From: the human T2T-CHM13v2.0 reference genome, Homo sapiens
Strand: one strand, 5' to 3'
NCBI RefSeq assembly: GCF_009914755.1
Contig: NC_060941.1
Length of the DNA stretch: 64,000 nucleotides
Shown: piece after piece, positions 36,623-62,259 of the stretch
Position numbering within the stretch: position 1 is the stretch's first letter
Layout: each line of letters opens with the position of its first letter
Position numbers and translations under genes: made by a program
Notes under the pieces: generated by a model
The model's input: the letters and a program-made list of their open reading frames with translations, nothing else
Told to the model about the DNA's origin: nothing
The model's database searches: none

Positions 36623-39600
36623 GTTGAAAGGAAGAGAGCACATAGCAGTGCTGGGAAGACCCCAGCACCACCTCCAGGAGCGGGGGGATAGAGAAGCCTT
36701 AAAAGGCAAACGTGGCCCCCAAAAACGTTTGGGAGGAACCAGGGACGGGCTGAGCAGGCAACTGGAAGGCGACGGACCATGGGGATGAGCTCACAGTGTA
36801 GTAAGATTGGACCATCTTCCCTCTGTAGGAACTCAGCTCAGGGGATCCCTAGGGTGGGGTCAGAGGCAGAAGAAATAGGGAATGACTGGAGGGGCCAACA
36901 CACTGCCTCCTGTCTCAGCAAGGGCAGGGACCCAAGGCTTCCTGTGTCCGTCCTTCCTCTCCCTGGGTCAGAACCCAAGAGAAAAGCAAGGAGAGACAGA
37001 GGGCCAAGGCCAGCAGGGTTGGGAGTTGGCAGTCCAGAGGTGGTGGGGCCGGAACATGGTTGGGAGAGGGGGGCCGGAAGTCGCCCTGGGCCCTGGGCCT
37101 GCCACAAGATGGAGGCCAAAGGCAGGAAATGGAGACCAGGGGGAAGGGGAGCAGCAGAGCCCAGGAAGAGGGCCATCTGGACCTGGGGGGCCAGGTATTC
37201 AACCCCCAGTGCTGTTCCCACTCCCCAGGGCCCCTGAGGACCCAAGCCGGCCCCCACAGCAACCTCCATCAGCCCATCCACCAGGCCAGGGCAGGCGGGC
37301 CCACCCCAGAGAGCCACGTTTAAGCTGAGACAAACATGCCTCTCCCCACCCCCAACTCCAGGCCTTCCCTCAGCCCTTTTCTCCTGTCCAGGACTTGATT
37401 TTTTAAAAACACCCCTCAGAAAGCAAAATCCAAGGGCCAAAACTCCTTTTGCAAATCAAAATATGACCCCCTAAAATCCAGAAGTTATCTTCCTATATCC
37501 CATCGCATCTTTTACCACCCCCTCTTCCGACACACCCCCCAAAACTCTTAGCAATCTGAAAGATCCAAGGTGGTGTATGTAAGCAGTCTTTTTAGGCCCC
37601 CGAAGATGCCAGACCCCTCCCGGACACCCCTATCTGTCCTCCATCAAATCTTGCCAAGGCCTCCTGCTCCTCCACCACCCTCCATAGCCCCCAAACTAAC
37701 AGTTGCCCCCAGCTCCTACCTCGGCAGAGCCTTTGTGGGGGGTGAAAGAGAAATTAAACACTATCCTAACGGCTGGGGATGTTGGGGGGCTCTCTGGTCT
37801 CAGCCTTTGGTTTCCGTCTGGGGGGCTGCAGTTTAGGGGTATAAGAGAAAGCCTCTCCAATCATCCCCCCAATTCCAAGACTGACAAAGCCAACCCCACC
37901 CCAGCACGCACCTCCAAACCTCCCCCCCAACCGCCACGTCTCTCCTGAAAACAGAGGACACTTCCCTCCCCACTTACCTCAGCTACTCTCCCCTGAGATC
38001 CTGGTCCCCTATTTTGAAAAGAGCAAAATTTAGGGTGCATCCCTCACATTTGGGGTGCAGGAGAAAGGAGCCGCCCCAGTCGCATCGCTGGCCTCCTTCC
38101 TCTCGGCTGGCTCAGGGACTGGGGAGTGCCCTGGGGAGGGGGCACCCCCACAAGAGATCTCAGGAGGGGTTCCTCCACTCCCAGTCAGAATTGGGGACAC
38201 CCCCCCAAAACCCGTCCCAGCCCATCCGTCTCCAACTCGGCGGGAGAGGCAGCTGCAATGCCCCAGTCAGATTCACCCAACACTACATTCCTCACCCCAT
38301 CTAGAGGGGTCCCGGGGTCCCCAAAAAATCCCAAAAAAATCTAGGATGTTGGGAGGACGGTCCTGGACTAGCTCCCCAAATTTGGGGTCCTCAGATACCC
38401 CCGTTTTTTCAGGAAAATTCCGTCTTTTGCCTGCCTCCCGCCAGCCCTGCTCTGTCCCGATGCCAATTTTGGAAGTCACTCCCTCCTTCCTCCTCCCCGT
38501 CTCTCCAGGCCCCCCCCACCGCTCGGGGGCTAGGGTCCAGGACACCTGGCTTCCAGACCGGGGGGAATCACTCCTCAAAGGGCTAGGGGCCAGGAGGTCA
38601 AGCTCATTGCCCCTGTCTTAAGGAAGCAGGAAAGCCCGTTCCTCCCTTCCCCTCCCCCCTGGCTGGTCACCGTGGTGGTTTAGGAAAGCCTGGAGGATTG
38701 GAATCTGCCATTGCTGTTGCACAGGCAGTTTTTTTTCTTGGGTTGGGGGGGTGGGCGGTGGGAGGGAGAGAGGGGAGGAGGGCCGAAGAGAGAAGGGACC
38801 CAGGCGCGAAGAGCTGGCCTGGCTTACCCTGTAGCCCCGGCTGCCGTGGGGAACCCCTCCCCCCCATCTCACCCACACTCCCAGTCCTCTGTCTGCTTTC
38901 TGTTTGGGGCTCATCCTAGAAAATCAGGGTGCAAGAATCACCTCCTTGTACCCCACCAGCACCCCTCCTTGCCACAGTTCCAACAGCACTGCCCTGGTCA
39001 GGGGTGCCCACTTGGCCAAGGGACACCCCATTTTTCTCCAACTTCCCCCAAACTAAGGGGTGCTCCCTTAAGAAATTGGGATTCAGAGTCTGAAACCGCC
39101 TTTTCTCCCTCTCTTCTCCCTCAAGCCACATAATAATAAAAGGAGATACCACACCCTTTCCAAGTTTCTCCCTTCAAATCCTGGGCTTATTTGGGGGTTC
39201 ACTAAAGAAACTTCTAGAATCTGGGGTGAGAGGGCACTATAAGCAAAAGACATCCCAAACCAGGGTCCAAATTAAGTGAACTCCCAAATCAGTCTCACCT
39301 TATGATTATCCCTTAGCTTCACCAAAAGCAGCCAGAGTGACAAAACACCCCCAAAATAAGAACACCCCAGAACTTTAGTCTCCTGTCCTCGCGGCCCTCA
39401 CCTTGTTTCTCCCCTGGGGAAAAAGCTTCTTGGGTATCCATGGATACACAGGAATACCCCACGTCTTTCCACTTTGTGGAACGTGAGTGTCCACAAGACT
39501 CAAATATAAAAGTTTGCTCCCCCCTCCCAGGACCCCCAATCACAGAAAGCTTCGAACTTGCTCCCAGCTTCCTATAATGTTCCACCTCAAACTAATTTTT

Positions 39601-42271
39601 AAAACTCCAAATTGAACTTATTCCCCAAATCTAATCTGAGCCTTGAAACTTAGATGGCACCCCAAAATAGACTGCACCCCCAAATCAGCATGAGTACTTT
39701 GGTTCTGCTGATAGTCCAAGATGCCACAGGTGAGCACAATCTCCAAATTGTGGGTGTCAGAACCCCCAGAACTAATGTAACTTCCAAGTCAGCCCCATAC
39801 CTGAAACTTACCATATAGGCCTCAAAGGCTGAATGCAGCCACCGGTGCTCACAATCAAATCAACACCCCATAATAAACAGACACCCCACAACTGATCAAA
39901 TAATACTCCATCCTGATGCCAAAGGGAGAGCCCCTAGTCTAATTCTCATCTCCAAGCTGGGCAGAGACCTAAATAACCCTCACATGTCAAAGCCACCTCA
40001 TCGTCCTGAATTTCCCAGTTCCCGGTTTCTCAGCTGTTCTTTCATGCATTCAAATAAAGACACACTCCGGTCTGAAGGGGAGGGCCCCGGGCCTGATATC
40101 CAGCCCCGTGGACCATGGTCGGCCATTCCTGGCCAACTGTACACTCTCCCCAGCCCAAATCCGGGGAGCTTCTGCCTTGCAGCTGGATTCAGCTCTAGCA
40201 CCCCTTCTCCAAATGAGCTTTGCCTTGCCTGCCCGCAATGTCTCCCGAAACAAAATATGAGGGTGTGATCCATGCCCATCTCTCAGATCAGGGACTTCAA
40301 ATTAGGGTGGTTAAGCCCCCTCCTGCCCTCTCTCCCTCCTCCTTGTTTTCCCTTCTCGTTTACCCCACCCAATTTTAATGTTCAATTAAAAGTCACCTCC
40401 AAAGACATCTGGGTAGCAGTGTCTAGCTTAATTCGAAAAGAAAACCCGGAGTTCCCAGGCTCAGGTCCCGCTTCTTGTCCCACCCATTCCCCTGGCTCCT
40501 AAAGCCCGCGATTTCTCACCTCGGGTAGGAACCCCAGCCTGAGGGGAAAGTCCCCTCGGTCTCCTAACTCTAGCTCCCTCCGCCCAGCCCTAGTCCCCTC
40601 CTAGGAGACAGAGGTGCAAAATAAACCCGCGCAAAGGGGAGGAGGCTAAAGGTTTCAGCCGCCCAGACCAAATGGATCCTGCGCCCGGGTCTGAGCGCAC
40701 CCCAGGCCGGGTGGAGACGAGGGGCGAGGCGAGGCCAGTGCTCGGCCGCCCCCTCGTGGAAGGAGCCGCACATTGCCGAGCCTTGCCTACTTGCCGCGCT
40801 GGACCCCGGCGTCCCGCCAGCCTCCAAGCGTAGCCGACGGGCGGGTGCCCGAGGCCCTCGTGAGCTGGGATTGGGGGAAAGCAAGCGGGCTTTGGGCGGG
40901 AGTCCATCTCTCTGGATCCCTACAAGGACCCAGAAGAGAGTCGGGAGCGAGAGAGGCCGGACGCCTAGGTCTCCCGAGCGTCTCTCGCCCCTCCACCCCC
41001 ACCTCGGGGCTTTCCCCACCTCCTCGAGGGGAAGCAGCTGGCGGAGCCGTCCGGTCGCAGGACAATGGAAGGAAACCAACTAGAAATCATATCCGCCCTC
41101 TCCGTACCCCGCCCGGCCAGAGCCCCCCTTTTTGTAGGCCCGGGTAGAGTAGCCTGTCATTCACACCACACCCTCCCCGTCTGAGACCCTACGGGAGCCC
41201 ACTGTCGTCTGCCCAAACCTGCTGTCTCGTTGGGCTCCCCCTTTTCTCCCTTAACACAGTACAAGAGAGGGAGAGGGGGTTGCCGTATGCACTTTGTCCT
41301 GCAGCAAAGGTTGGCTCCTGGCAAACCCTCCCAAAAGCCAACACACCAATTTTCACTGGCCCAGGCCTTCCGACGACTCAGACTCCCGTATTGCCAACCT
41401 CGATATCCCTAACCTCCTCCCCAATTCCAATATCCCCGTCCTCGTGTCCACTTGCAGTGACCCAAGACCCCCTACGTTACGACCACCCCTTGTTTCTGAG
41501 GTCCCGCCCTCAAGACGGAGACCCCGCCCTGGACTCGCCATCTGGAGAGCGAGGGAGGAAGGAAGGATACAGACCCAGGCGTTCACCCCACCTCCACCCC
41601 CGCCCCCGACATCCCGGCCAGATAAAGGAGCCGAGGCCAAGAGGGGAGAGAGACCCCGCCCCCCTTAAGAAGAGAAGCCGCGGCCCCTGCAGGACGGGGG
41701 TAAGAACAAGAGACTGAGGGAGCCAGACTCCTGGGTCCCCCAAGAGGGTAGGAGCTTGTGTGGAGCTTGCCATCAGCGAGCCTGAGTCCCAGAAATTGGG
41801 CTAAACTAGGGATTGGGGACTAGATAGGAGTCGCAGAATTCCGTAGTTCGGGGAAGGGAGCCTCGGCTGGGATTTGGAGGTGTGTGGACGGCAGGCCGTG
41901 AGATCTCGAGGCAGGGTTGGACACCTGAGACACAGGCGCGCAGAGGGGAGTGGCGGTGCTGGAGGGGCACTGGGGGTCGAACCCAGGGCGATGGGCGCGG
42001 GATTCCCCACGCTCGCCAACGACGCCGCGGTGTGGAACCTTCAACTGGCTCCAAGCGCTGTGGGATCTGGAAGAGGCAAGGGAGCGAGGGTGTCGTAGAG
42101 GGCAGAATGAACAAGAAGAATTAGGAGGGAGGCTGCGTGTGCCGGGGCTAGGGGCTGGAAGTCCTGGCTCTAGTTGCACCTCGGAAGGAAAAGGCAAACA
42201 GAGGAGGGAAGGCGTCTTAGGACTGCCTGGATCCAGAGCACTTTCCACGGCCTCTACAGGCCTGTGTCGCT

Positions 42272-46221
<3,950 letters not shown>

Positions 46222-47038
46222 CTGAGCGCAGGCCCAGGCCCCACTTGCTTCCTGCGGGTGGGAAAGCTGCAGGCCCAGGCCTTGCTTCCCTATCAGGCTT
46301 GGGCATAGGGGTGTGCCAGGCCACTTTGGTATCAGAAATTGCCACCCTCTTAATTTCTCACTGGGGAGAGCAGGGGTGGCAGATCCTGGCTAGATCTGCC
46401 TCTGTTTTGCTGGTCAAAACCTCTTCCCCACAAGCCAGATTGTTTCTGAGGAGAGAGCTAGCTAGGGGCTGGGAAAGGGGAGAGATTGGAGTCCTGGTCT
46501 CCCTAAGGGAATAGCCCTCCACCTGTGGCCCCCATTGCATTCAGTTTATCTGTAAATATAATTTATTGAGGCCTTTGGGTGGCACCGGGGCCTTCATTCG
46601 ATTGCATTTCCCACTCCCCTCTTCCACAAGTGTGATTAAAAGTGACCAGAAACACAGAAGGTGAGATCACAGCTCTGCTGGCAGAGATTACTAGCCCTTG
46701 GCTCTCTCGTTTGGCTTGGGTATTTTATATTATTTCTGTCATAACTTTTATCTTTAGAATTGTTCTTTCTCCTGTTTGTTTGCTTGTTAGTTTGTTTAAA
46801 ATGGAAAAAGGGGTTCTCTGTGTTCTGCCCCTGTAATTCTAGGTCTGGAACCTTTATTTGTTCTAGGGCAGCTCTGGGAACATGCGGGATTGTGGAATTG
46901 GGTCAGGAACCCTCTCTGGTATTCTGGATGTTGTAGGTTCTCTAGCAGTCTAGAAATGGATACAGACATTTCTCTGTTCTTCAAGGGTGATAGGAACCAT
47001 TATGTTGAGCCCAAAATGGAAGTAATAATAAATGCCTC

Positions 47039-47152
47039 CTGGAGGCTGTGGGTGTGGGGGATTCTGTATCTGGATTCCGTATCACTCCAACTGGAGGCTG
47101 TGGATGTGGGGGATTCTGTATCTGGATTCCGTATCACTCCAAGTGGAGGCTG
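47039..47152. repeat. 52-bp tandem duplication (2.2 copies) in the BCL6B 3'UTR
   Basis: 47039-47090 and 47091-47142 differ at one base; a partial third copy follows. Confidence 0.92.
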
Positions 47153-48271
47153 GCAGGTTTTTCTGCAAGATGGTCCAGAATCTAAAATGTCCCATTAATC
47201 TGGTCACTTGGGTTTGGCTCTGCTGTATCCATCTATAGTGGTAGAGACCCACCAGGGCTCAAGTGGAGTCCATCATCCTCCCACGGGGGCCTGTTCTTAG
47301 CACTGAGTTGATCGCTCCATGGGGGAGAGATCAGACATTCCTTATCAGAGATGATGTGACCTTTTCTGACTCTGCCCAGTCTCTATGAATGTTATGGCCT
47401 AGGGAAGAATCATGAAACTCTTTAGCTTGATTAGATGGTAAACAGTGTTAACCCATCCTTTACTACAGAGGCATATGGGTTTGAATGTTACCTGGGGTTC
47501 TCTCTATTGAGTTGAGCCCCTTCTTCCTTTAGTGGGTTTTGGACATCTTCTGGCAAGTGTCCAGATGCCAGAACCTTCTTTTCCTCTAGAAGGGATGGTG
47601 CTTGGTAACCTTACCTTTTAAAAGCTGGGTCTGTGACCTGGTCTTCCCATCCCTGCATTCCTGTCTGGAACCAGTGAATGCATTAGAACCTTCCATAGGA
47701 AAAGAAAAGGGGCTGAGTTCCATTCTGGGTTTGCTGTAGTTTGGTTGGGATTATTGTTGGCATTACAGATGTAAAAGATTGACTAGCCCATAGGCCAAAG
47801 GCCTGTTCTAGTTGACCAAGTTTCAAGTAGGATTAAGAGGTTGGTTGAGGGGTGCAGTTTCTGGTGTAGGCCAGGTAGGTAGAAAGTGAGGAACAGGGTT
47901 GCCTCTTGGCTGGGTGGAGTCTCTGAAATGTTAGAAGAAGCGCTGAAGCCTTGATTGATAGTTCTGCCCCTTGTTGCCCTGGGGCTTATCTGATTATGGG
48001 ACGAGGGTAGAAAGAAGCACTTTTGAATTTGTGGGGTAGAACTTCAACAATAAGTCAGTTCTAGTGGCTGTCGCCTGGGGACTAGTGAGAAAGCTACTCT
48101 TCTCCCTCTTCCCTCTTTCTCCCCATGGCCCCACTGCAGAATTAAAGAAGGAAGAAGGGAAGGCGGAGGAGTCTATAAGAAGGAATCATGATTTCTATTT
48201 AGCAGATTGGATGGGCAGGTGGAGAATGCCTGGGGGTAGAAATGTTAGATCTTGCAACATCAGATCCTTGG

Positions 48272-48277
48272 AATAAA
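48272..48277 (+). terminator. BCL6B: BCL6B polyadenylation signal AATAAA (~2-kb 3'UTR)
   Basis: Canonical hexamer followed by a GT-rich tract. Another AATAAA near 47027 could be a proximal site. Confidence 0.7.
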
Positions 48278-48935
48278 GAAGCCTCTCTGTGCTGCCTGCT
48301 GTGTCCTGGGTTCTTGCCTTGGGGGACTCGGGGAGCGAGGAAGAGAGCTCTTCCTCCTGGATAACATCTTGGATTCTGTACCATTCCACTGTCCCTTCCC
48401 ACCAGACATTTTAAATGGTCCTCGTTGTCCCCTTCCCTGCCCTTGCCTTCCTGCTCATTGTGTAGGAACCAGTGACTTCATGAAGTTTCTCCGGAGCCAC
48501 CTGCATCCTGCTGCTCTGAAGTCACTTCCTGCCTGAGGTGTGGAGGCGGCAGGGAGAAACCAGGAAGACACTAATAATATCAAGAGGCCGGGGCGTGCAT
48601 CTGTGCTGGAGATCTTAATGCTGGCGACATGCCTCCATCACCAAGGAAGATGGATAAGAGTTGGGTCCCGTAAAGACCACAGGGGCTGGAGGTGGCACTG
48701 AGAAGACTGAGTTAGAACTAACGGGCCAGCCCACCCTCCCCCAGCAAGGGTATCTTGAATCTATCCAGGGTCCAGTGCATGCATCTCTCCCACCCTTTCC
48801 CCTGTCCTGTGTGTGTGCTGGGTGCGGAGGTCACTAATTCTGATATTACCTTCCTCTGGGCCTTAAATTCCTCATCTGTGAAAAAGTCAGTTACCATGAT
48901 CTCTGCAGCTACCTCCAACATTGAAAGTTTGTAGT

Positions 48936-52480
<3,545 letters not shown>

Positions 52481-52521
52481 GTGGTCGTTTCTCAATCTTT
52501 TTAAACCCATGACCTGGATTA

Positions 52522-52838
<317 letters not shown>

Positions 52839-53314
52839 TCAAAAAAAAAAACAAAAAACAAAAAAAAAACACTAAACTAAAACCTTCCTTCACTTCCCAC
52901 TACAGCAGCTTATCCCCTGTTGAAAATAACACCAATAAGACCAGCTAAGCTAATATTACTTGGCTCCTGCTGCATGTCAGCACATAAACTAAGCATTTTT
53001 AGTGCATGGATTTTCTAACTGAACCCCTTGGGCAACGCTTAATAGTAGGTACTATTATCCCCAGTTTACAGATGGGGAAACCAACTGAGAGATTCAGCAT
53101 CTTGATCGAGTTAAGTAATAAAGTCAAGATTGGAACTGGGCCAGGCACGGTGGCTCACGCCTGTAATCCCAGCACTTTGGGAGGCCAAGGCTGGTGGATC
53201 ACTTGAGGTCAGGAGTTCGAGACCAGCGTGGCCAACATGGTGAGACCTCGTCTCTACTAAAAATACCAAAATTAACTGGGCGTTGTGGTGGGAGCCTGTA
53301 ATCCCAGAAACTCA

Positions 53315-53506
<192 letters not shown>

Positions 53507-55033
53507 TTAATCACTATGTAATACAGCCACAGCAATTTCTGTATCTTTGGCATATTCCCCACCAGCCGACATTTTGACTCTTAGAAAGTATATATGTGTA
53601 TTATTGATGATTACTTTTATTTCCCACATATAAAATTATTTAAGGCTCAATATGTCTTTTAAGACTACACACCTCCCTCCCTGCCTCCACTTCTTGTTTG
53701 CTGCTTTCCCCAGTAATCTGGGAGTGAACATTGAGTCCACGGTTTCAAGGTCAGGGTCCTGGGAAGTATGGCTTATAATGAAGGAACAGGAAATCCAAGC
53801 CATTGGTGTTATGGAGACTGGGAAGGACTGGGGAGTGTTTGCTAGGGGCCTGAGGACTACTTGGGTAAGAGGGGGCTGACTGCTCCAGTGGCCAGGGTCA
53901 TAGTTTGTCTCTTTAGTCTACCCCACCATCAGATCAAAAAAGGTGGTTAGGAAGTGGTTGTTACTAGAGGGCAGAGGAAAAGGTTCCAGCCCCAGTGAGG
54001 AAGAGGTAGGTGGTGTTGGTGGGGCCCTGTGTGAGCTTACAGCCGCCCTTCCTCTCCTCAGTTATTTTTGGTCTCTGTGACCTGTAGGTTTCCTGTTAGT
54101 GGGAACAGAAGTGACAGGAACGAGTTCCCACTACAGAAATGAACGCCAGGAGTCCAACTCATTCCCCTTCTCTCTTCCCTTAGCCGTTGAACTTCTCAGG
54201 GATCCAGGCTTCTAGGTCTGCGTGCCTAGGGCTGCGTGTTAGTGGCTTCAGGCGCTGCGCCAAACACTTCGTTTGAGTCTCATCTCCTAACCCCTCCCCT
54301 ACCCCCAACAGGGCCTTGCAATTCCTGGACCCCTCATTAAAGCAAGAGAGTCCTCTCCTCTCCAGACCCAGTTTACCCACCACTAACCCTTCCGTGTGGC
54401 TCTGGGTGCTGAAACGGGGATGACTTGGCCCGCTAGGTGAAGAGGAGACGGAAGCTTCCTGGCAGTCCCCGCGTCACGTGGGGCCCTACCTAGTCAGCCT
54501 CCTAACGCCCCTCCTTACGCATGCGCCCATTCACTGCTGGTCCCCAACAATGCCTAAATCCCGCCCTGCCCTTCTCGTTCCGCCCCTGCCCGGGAGCCCC
54601 GCGTCCTCATTGGCGAGCTCCAGGGTGGCCCGGCCCGGACACCCCAGTGATAAAATAGATCATCTACACGGAAACTGGCGCGCTCCAGGGGTGGGGCCCA
54701 AACTCAGTTCCACCCTCTGGCTCCCAGCCGAACACCGAACCGGGACCGATCCGGCCCCGGCTTGAACTAGCTCAGCTCCGAGCTCGCGGAACCACGCCCC
54801 CGGGAGACTCTGGCCCGGCCAGCGCGGGCCAGGTCTTCAGTCCTATATCGCCCTGCCTTGGGAAAAGGTGCAGGGGCCTCTCGCCGCCTCGTCGGGCCCT
54901 TCCTCTCTACCTGCCTCTCCAACCCCTCTCGGCCCCGAGCCACCCGGCAGCGGGGGTGGGTGTGCAGAGGTGCGGCGTCCAGAACCCGGCTCCTGCAGAG
55001 GCTCTGGGTGGCAGCAGCCCTGTTACCGCTTAG

Positions 55034-59138
<4,105 letters not shown>

Positions 59139-59583
59139 TGAGCCACCACACCCAGCCTCCCCTAACCTTTTCTAAAGGACCCAGGAGTTTTGAAGGATCC
59201 GGGAGTTCCTGCTTCACTGAGCTGTGAATCAACTGTGAAAATCAAAGGCCAAGAGACTTATCATGCTTTATATAACATCTCTAGTGTTGCCTCCTGAGTT
59301 TCTTCTCTGAAGACACATGTTTGGGAAACAAAACTGTCCCTTTGAGATAAAATCAAATAAGAAAATTGGATAATAATCACAACCTCAAAATGAGCTGGGG
59401 CCCATATGCTTGGGTTGGCCGAATGGAGTCATGCCTGGAAGTGGAGGAGAGTGTCCAGGAGCTCCGATGACCCAAGGCATTTTAACCCTGGAATCTGCTC
59501 TCCAGGCTACCACCACATACCTCCCTCTTCCCCATTATCCCTGTGGCTTAGAAAAGAAATTGAGGGCTGGGCATGGTGGCTCA

Positions 59584-60030
<447 letters not shown>

Positions 60031-60319
60031 CTAGGGTAAGGGACATGAAGATGGGGCAGATAGCACCCACTAGCAACCCGCCCCCAACCCCAGCAACACA
60101 CTGAAACTGGCTGCCAGACAACTTCGCAAAGATTCCCTGTTACGGCCAGGACTTGGGCAAAGAGAAATGGATTGGCTGGACAGTCACCCTTCTTCATACC
60201 CAGGGCCTTCTGGGATCCTGTTCCTTTGAACCAGCCTTTCTGGCTGTCTTATGTAGAATATTTTCAGGGTCCTAGATTGGTGAACAGTTGGAGGTTTCAG
60301 GAAAACCCGATAAAAATTC

Positions 60320-60325
60320 TTTATT
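60320..60325 (-). terminator. SLC16A11: SLC16A11 polyadenylation signal (AATAAA on minus strand)
   Basis: TTTATT on + strand, 27 nt beyond the stop codon. Confidence 0.8.
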
Positions 60326-60352
60326 GGGGGAGGGGCTCAAACAAGAAAATAA

Positions 60353-62259
60353 TCAACAAGTGGTGTCCAGAGTGGAGCCAGGGCCTCCTGGGGACAGCAA
60401 GACTGCCTGGGGAGCGGGAAGCAGCTCCCCCGTCTCTGGGGGAGGCGTGGCTGGAGGGGAGGCTGGACCACAGGAGGGCAGCGCCCTGGGCAACCCTATG
60501 TAGATGAAGCTGCCGGAGAGGATCAAAGAACCAGACAGGAGGAAAGAGGCGGTGAAGTCTCCTGTCTCATCCCTTAGGAAGCCTGAGGAGATGGGTAAGG
60601 GCATTTAGAAGCCTCGAACCCCAGGGGCAGAGGATAGTTGTAGGCAGATCTGTGAGCTCAGGTCCTTACCTGACAGGGGAGGGCCCAGGAGCCCCCCGAG
60701 GCTCATCAGCATCATCACCAGCCCTGTGGCCTGCACCACACCTCCGACGCCCACCAGCCCGGGGAGTACACCGAAAACCAGCGGGGCGTAACTCCCCGCG
60801 CTCAGCCCATAGGCCACAGCCGCGGCCAGCAGGGGACCCCCCCAGCTCTCTTCGCCGCCCACCACGGGCACCAGCCCCACCACCCACAGCCCCAGCCCAG
60901 TCAGAGCCCCGAATACGGCCAGCAGCCGCGGGAGGGGCACCCAGCCTTGGTCTGCCAGCCACCCGCAGACCAGCCGGGCGCCCGCATCCCCCATCGCAGC
61001 CACGGCCACCACCAGCGCTGCTCCGTATCCCCCCAGGCCCCGGTCTAAAGCGTGGGGAGCCAAGTGCACGTAAGGAACGAAGTACCCGCCCCCAACCAGG
61101 GCTGTGCCTAGAGCAAAGATTGAGAAGGCCCGGCGTGTGAACAGACTCAGGCCGAGGGCAGCTAGGGGACTACGCGGTGGGGCTGGGGGGTCTCCAGGAA
61201 GGACCAGGGGTAGCAGCAGGGCGCCACAGGGGGTGAGGTGGAGGGTGATCGCGCCGAGGAGGAGCAGAGCGCCCCGCCAGCCGAAAGTATCGAGAAGAAG
61301 CTGCAAGGCGGGCGCCAGGAGCAGCGAGGAGGCCCCGTTGCCGGTGAGCGCCAGCCCCACCGCCAAGACTCGACGGCGGGAGAAGTAACGCGAGAGGGTG
61401 CCTAGGGCGGGGGCGAACACCAGGGCCCAACCAAAGCCTGCGAATGAATAGGAGGGGATGGGGGCCGGCACTGGGGACGCCCGCCCCAGCATTCCCAGCC
61501 CGGCTCTCCGCACCAGGCCCCCGCCTCGTTCGCTACCCCAGATCCCAACAAGCTCCTGTCACCTCCTTCACCCTGAATGACCCGGGCATCCCACTTCCCT
61601 CACCAGCGAGGAGGCCCAGGCCGAGGTAGAGATGCAGCAGATCGCTGGCGAAAGCCGAGAAGACGAAGCCCAGCGAGGCGAGGACGCCCCCAACCATCAC
61701 CACGGGGCGGGCCCCCCAGCGCGTGCTCAGGGCGCTGCCCACGGGGCCTGAAAGGGGGCGGAGTCAACGGAAGACACGCCCCCGGGCCCCCAAACTCTCT
61801 CCAACACTTCTCATTGGCTGTTTGCCTCCCTCGAACTAATGGTTCTTCTCCTTGACCTCAAGATGCACTCTTTTCTAGAGCCGGTTGCCCTTTCTCAGGT
61901 TGTCGGGTAATCAGGTGGGTCTCCCATCCCTCCACTCACGGCTCCTCCTCCCCGTTCCTGTCTCCCGCCTCAGGGCCCCCCTCACTGGCTGCCTGCTGCA
62001 CGGCCAGGGCCAGGGCGCTGATCCACGCAGTGTCCTGGGCGCTTCGGTCAAAGTGCTCGGCAAGGTCAGGGAAGGCAAGGCCCAGCGAGCGCAGCAGCCC
62101 GTAGGACAGCCCGTTTATCGCGAAGGCTGCGGCCGCCACCACCCAGCCCCAGCCCCCATCCGGGGGTCCGGCGGGCTGGGGGGTCATCGCCGTCTGCGGG
62201 GTGGGGAAACATCTGTGAGAGAAGCCTCCACGCCTGTGCTTCCGCTGGGGAGCTGGCAT
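60353..62259 (-). CDS. SLC16A11: Monocarboxylate transporter 11 (MCT11), 471 aa (447 aa from ATG at 62187)
   Basis: Exons 62259-61986, 61747-61604, 61437-60670, 60582-60353, total 1416 nt. PPDGGWGW and [11 protein letters not shown] motifs; R57 and D290 present. Confidence 0.98.

Noticed and set aside
36185-37440. 150-200 aa ORFs on both strands over MIR195/MIR497 (possible miPEPs)
   Set aside because: Low-complexity Pro/Gly/Ala-rich translations typical of GC-rich DNA; no homology I recognise. Ribosome profiling would be needed.
47039-47152. Repeat array resembling CRISPR
   Set aside because: Simple head-to-tail duplication with no spacers, in a human 3'UTR.
60583-60669. 87-nt SLC16A11 intron with length divisible by three (in-frame retention)
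   Set aside because: Contains an in-frame stop (ORF ends at 60605), so retention truncates rather than extends the protein.
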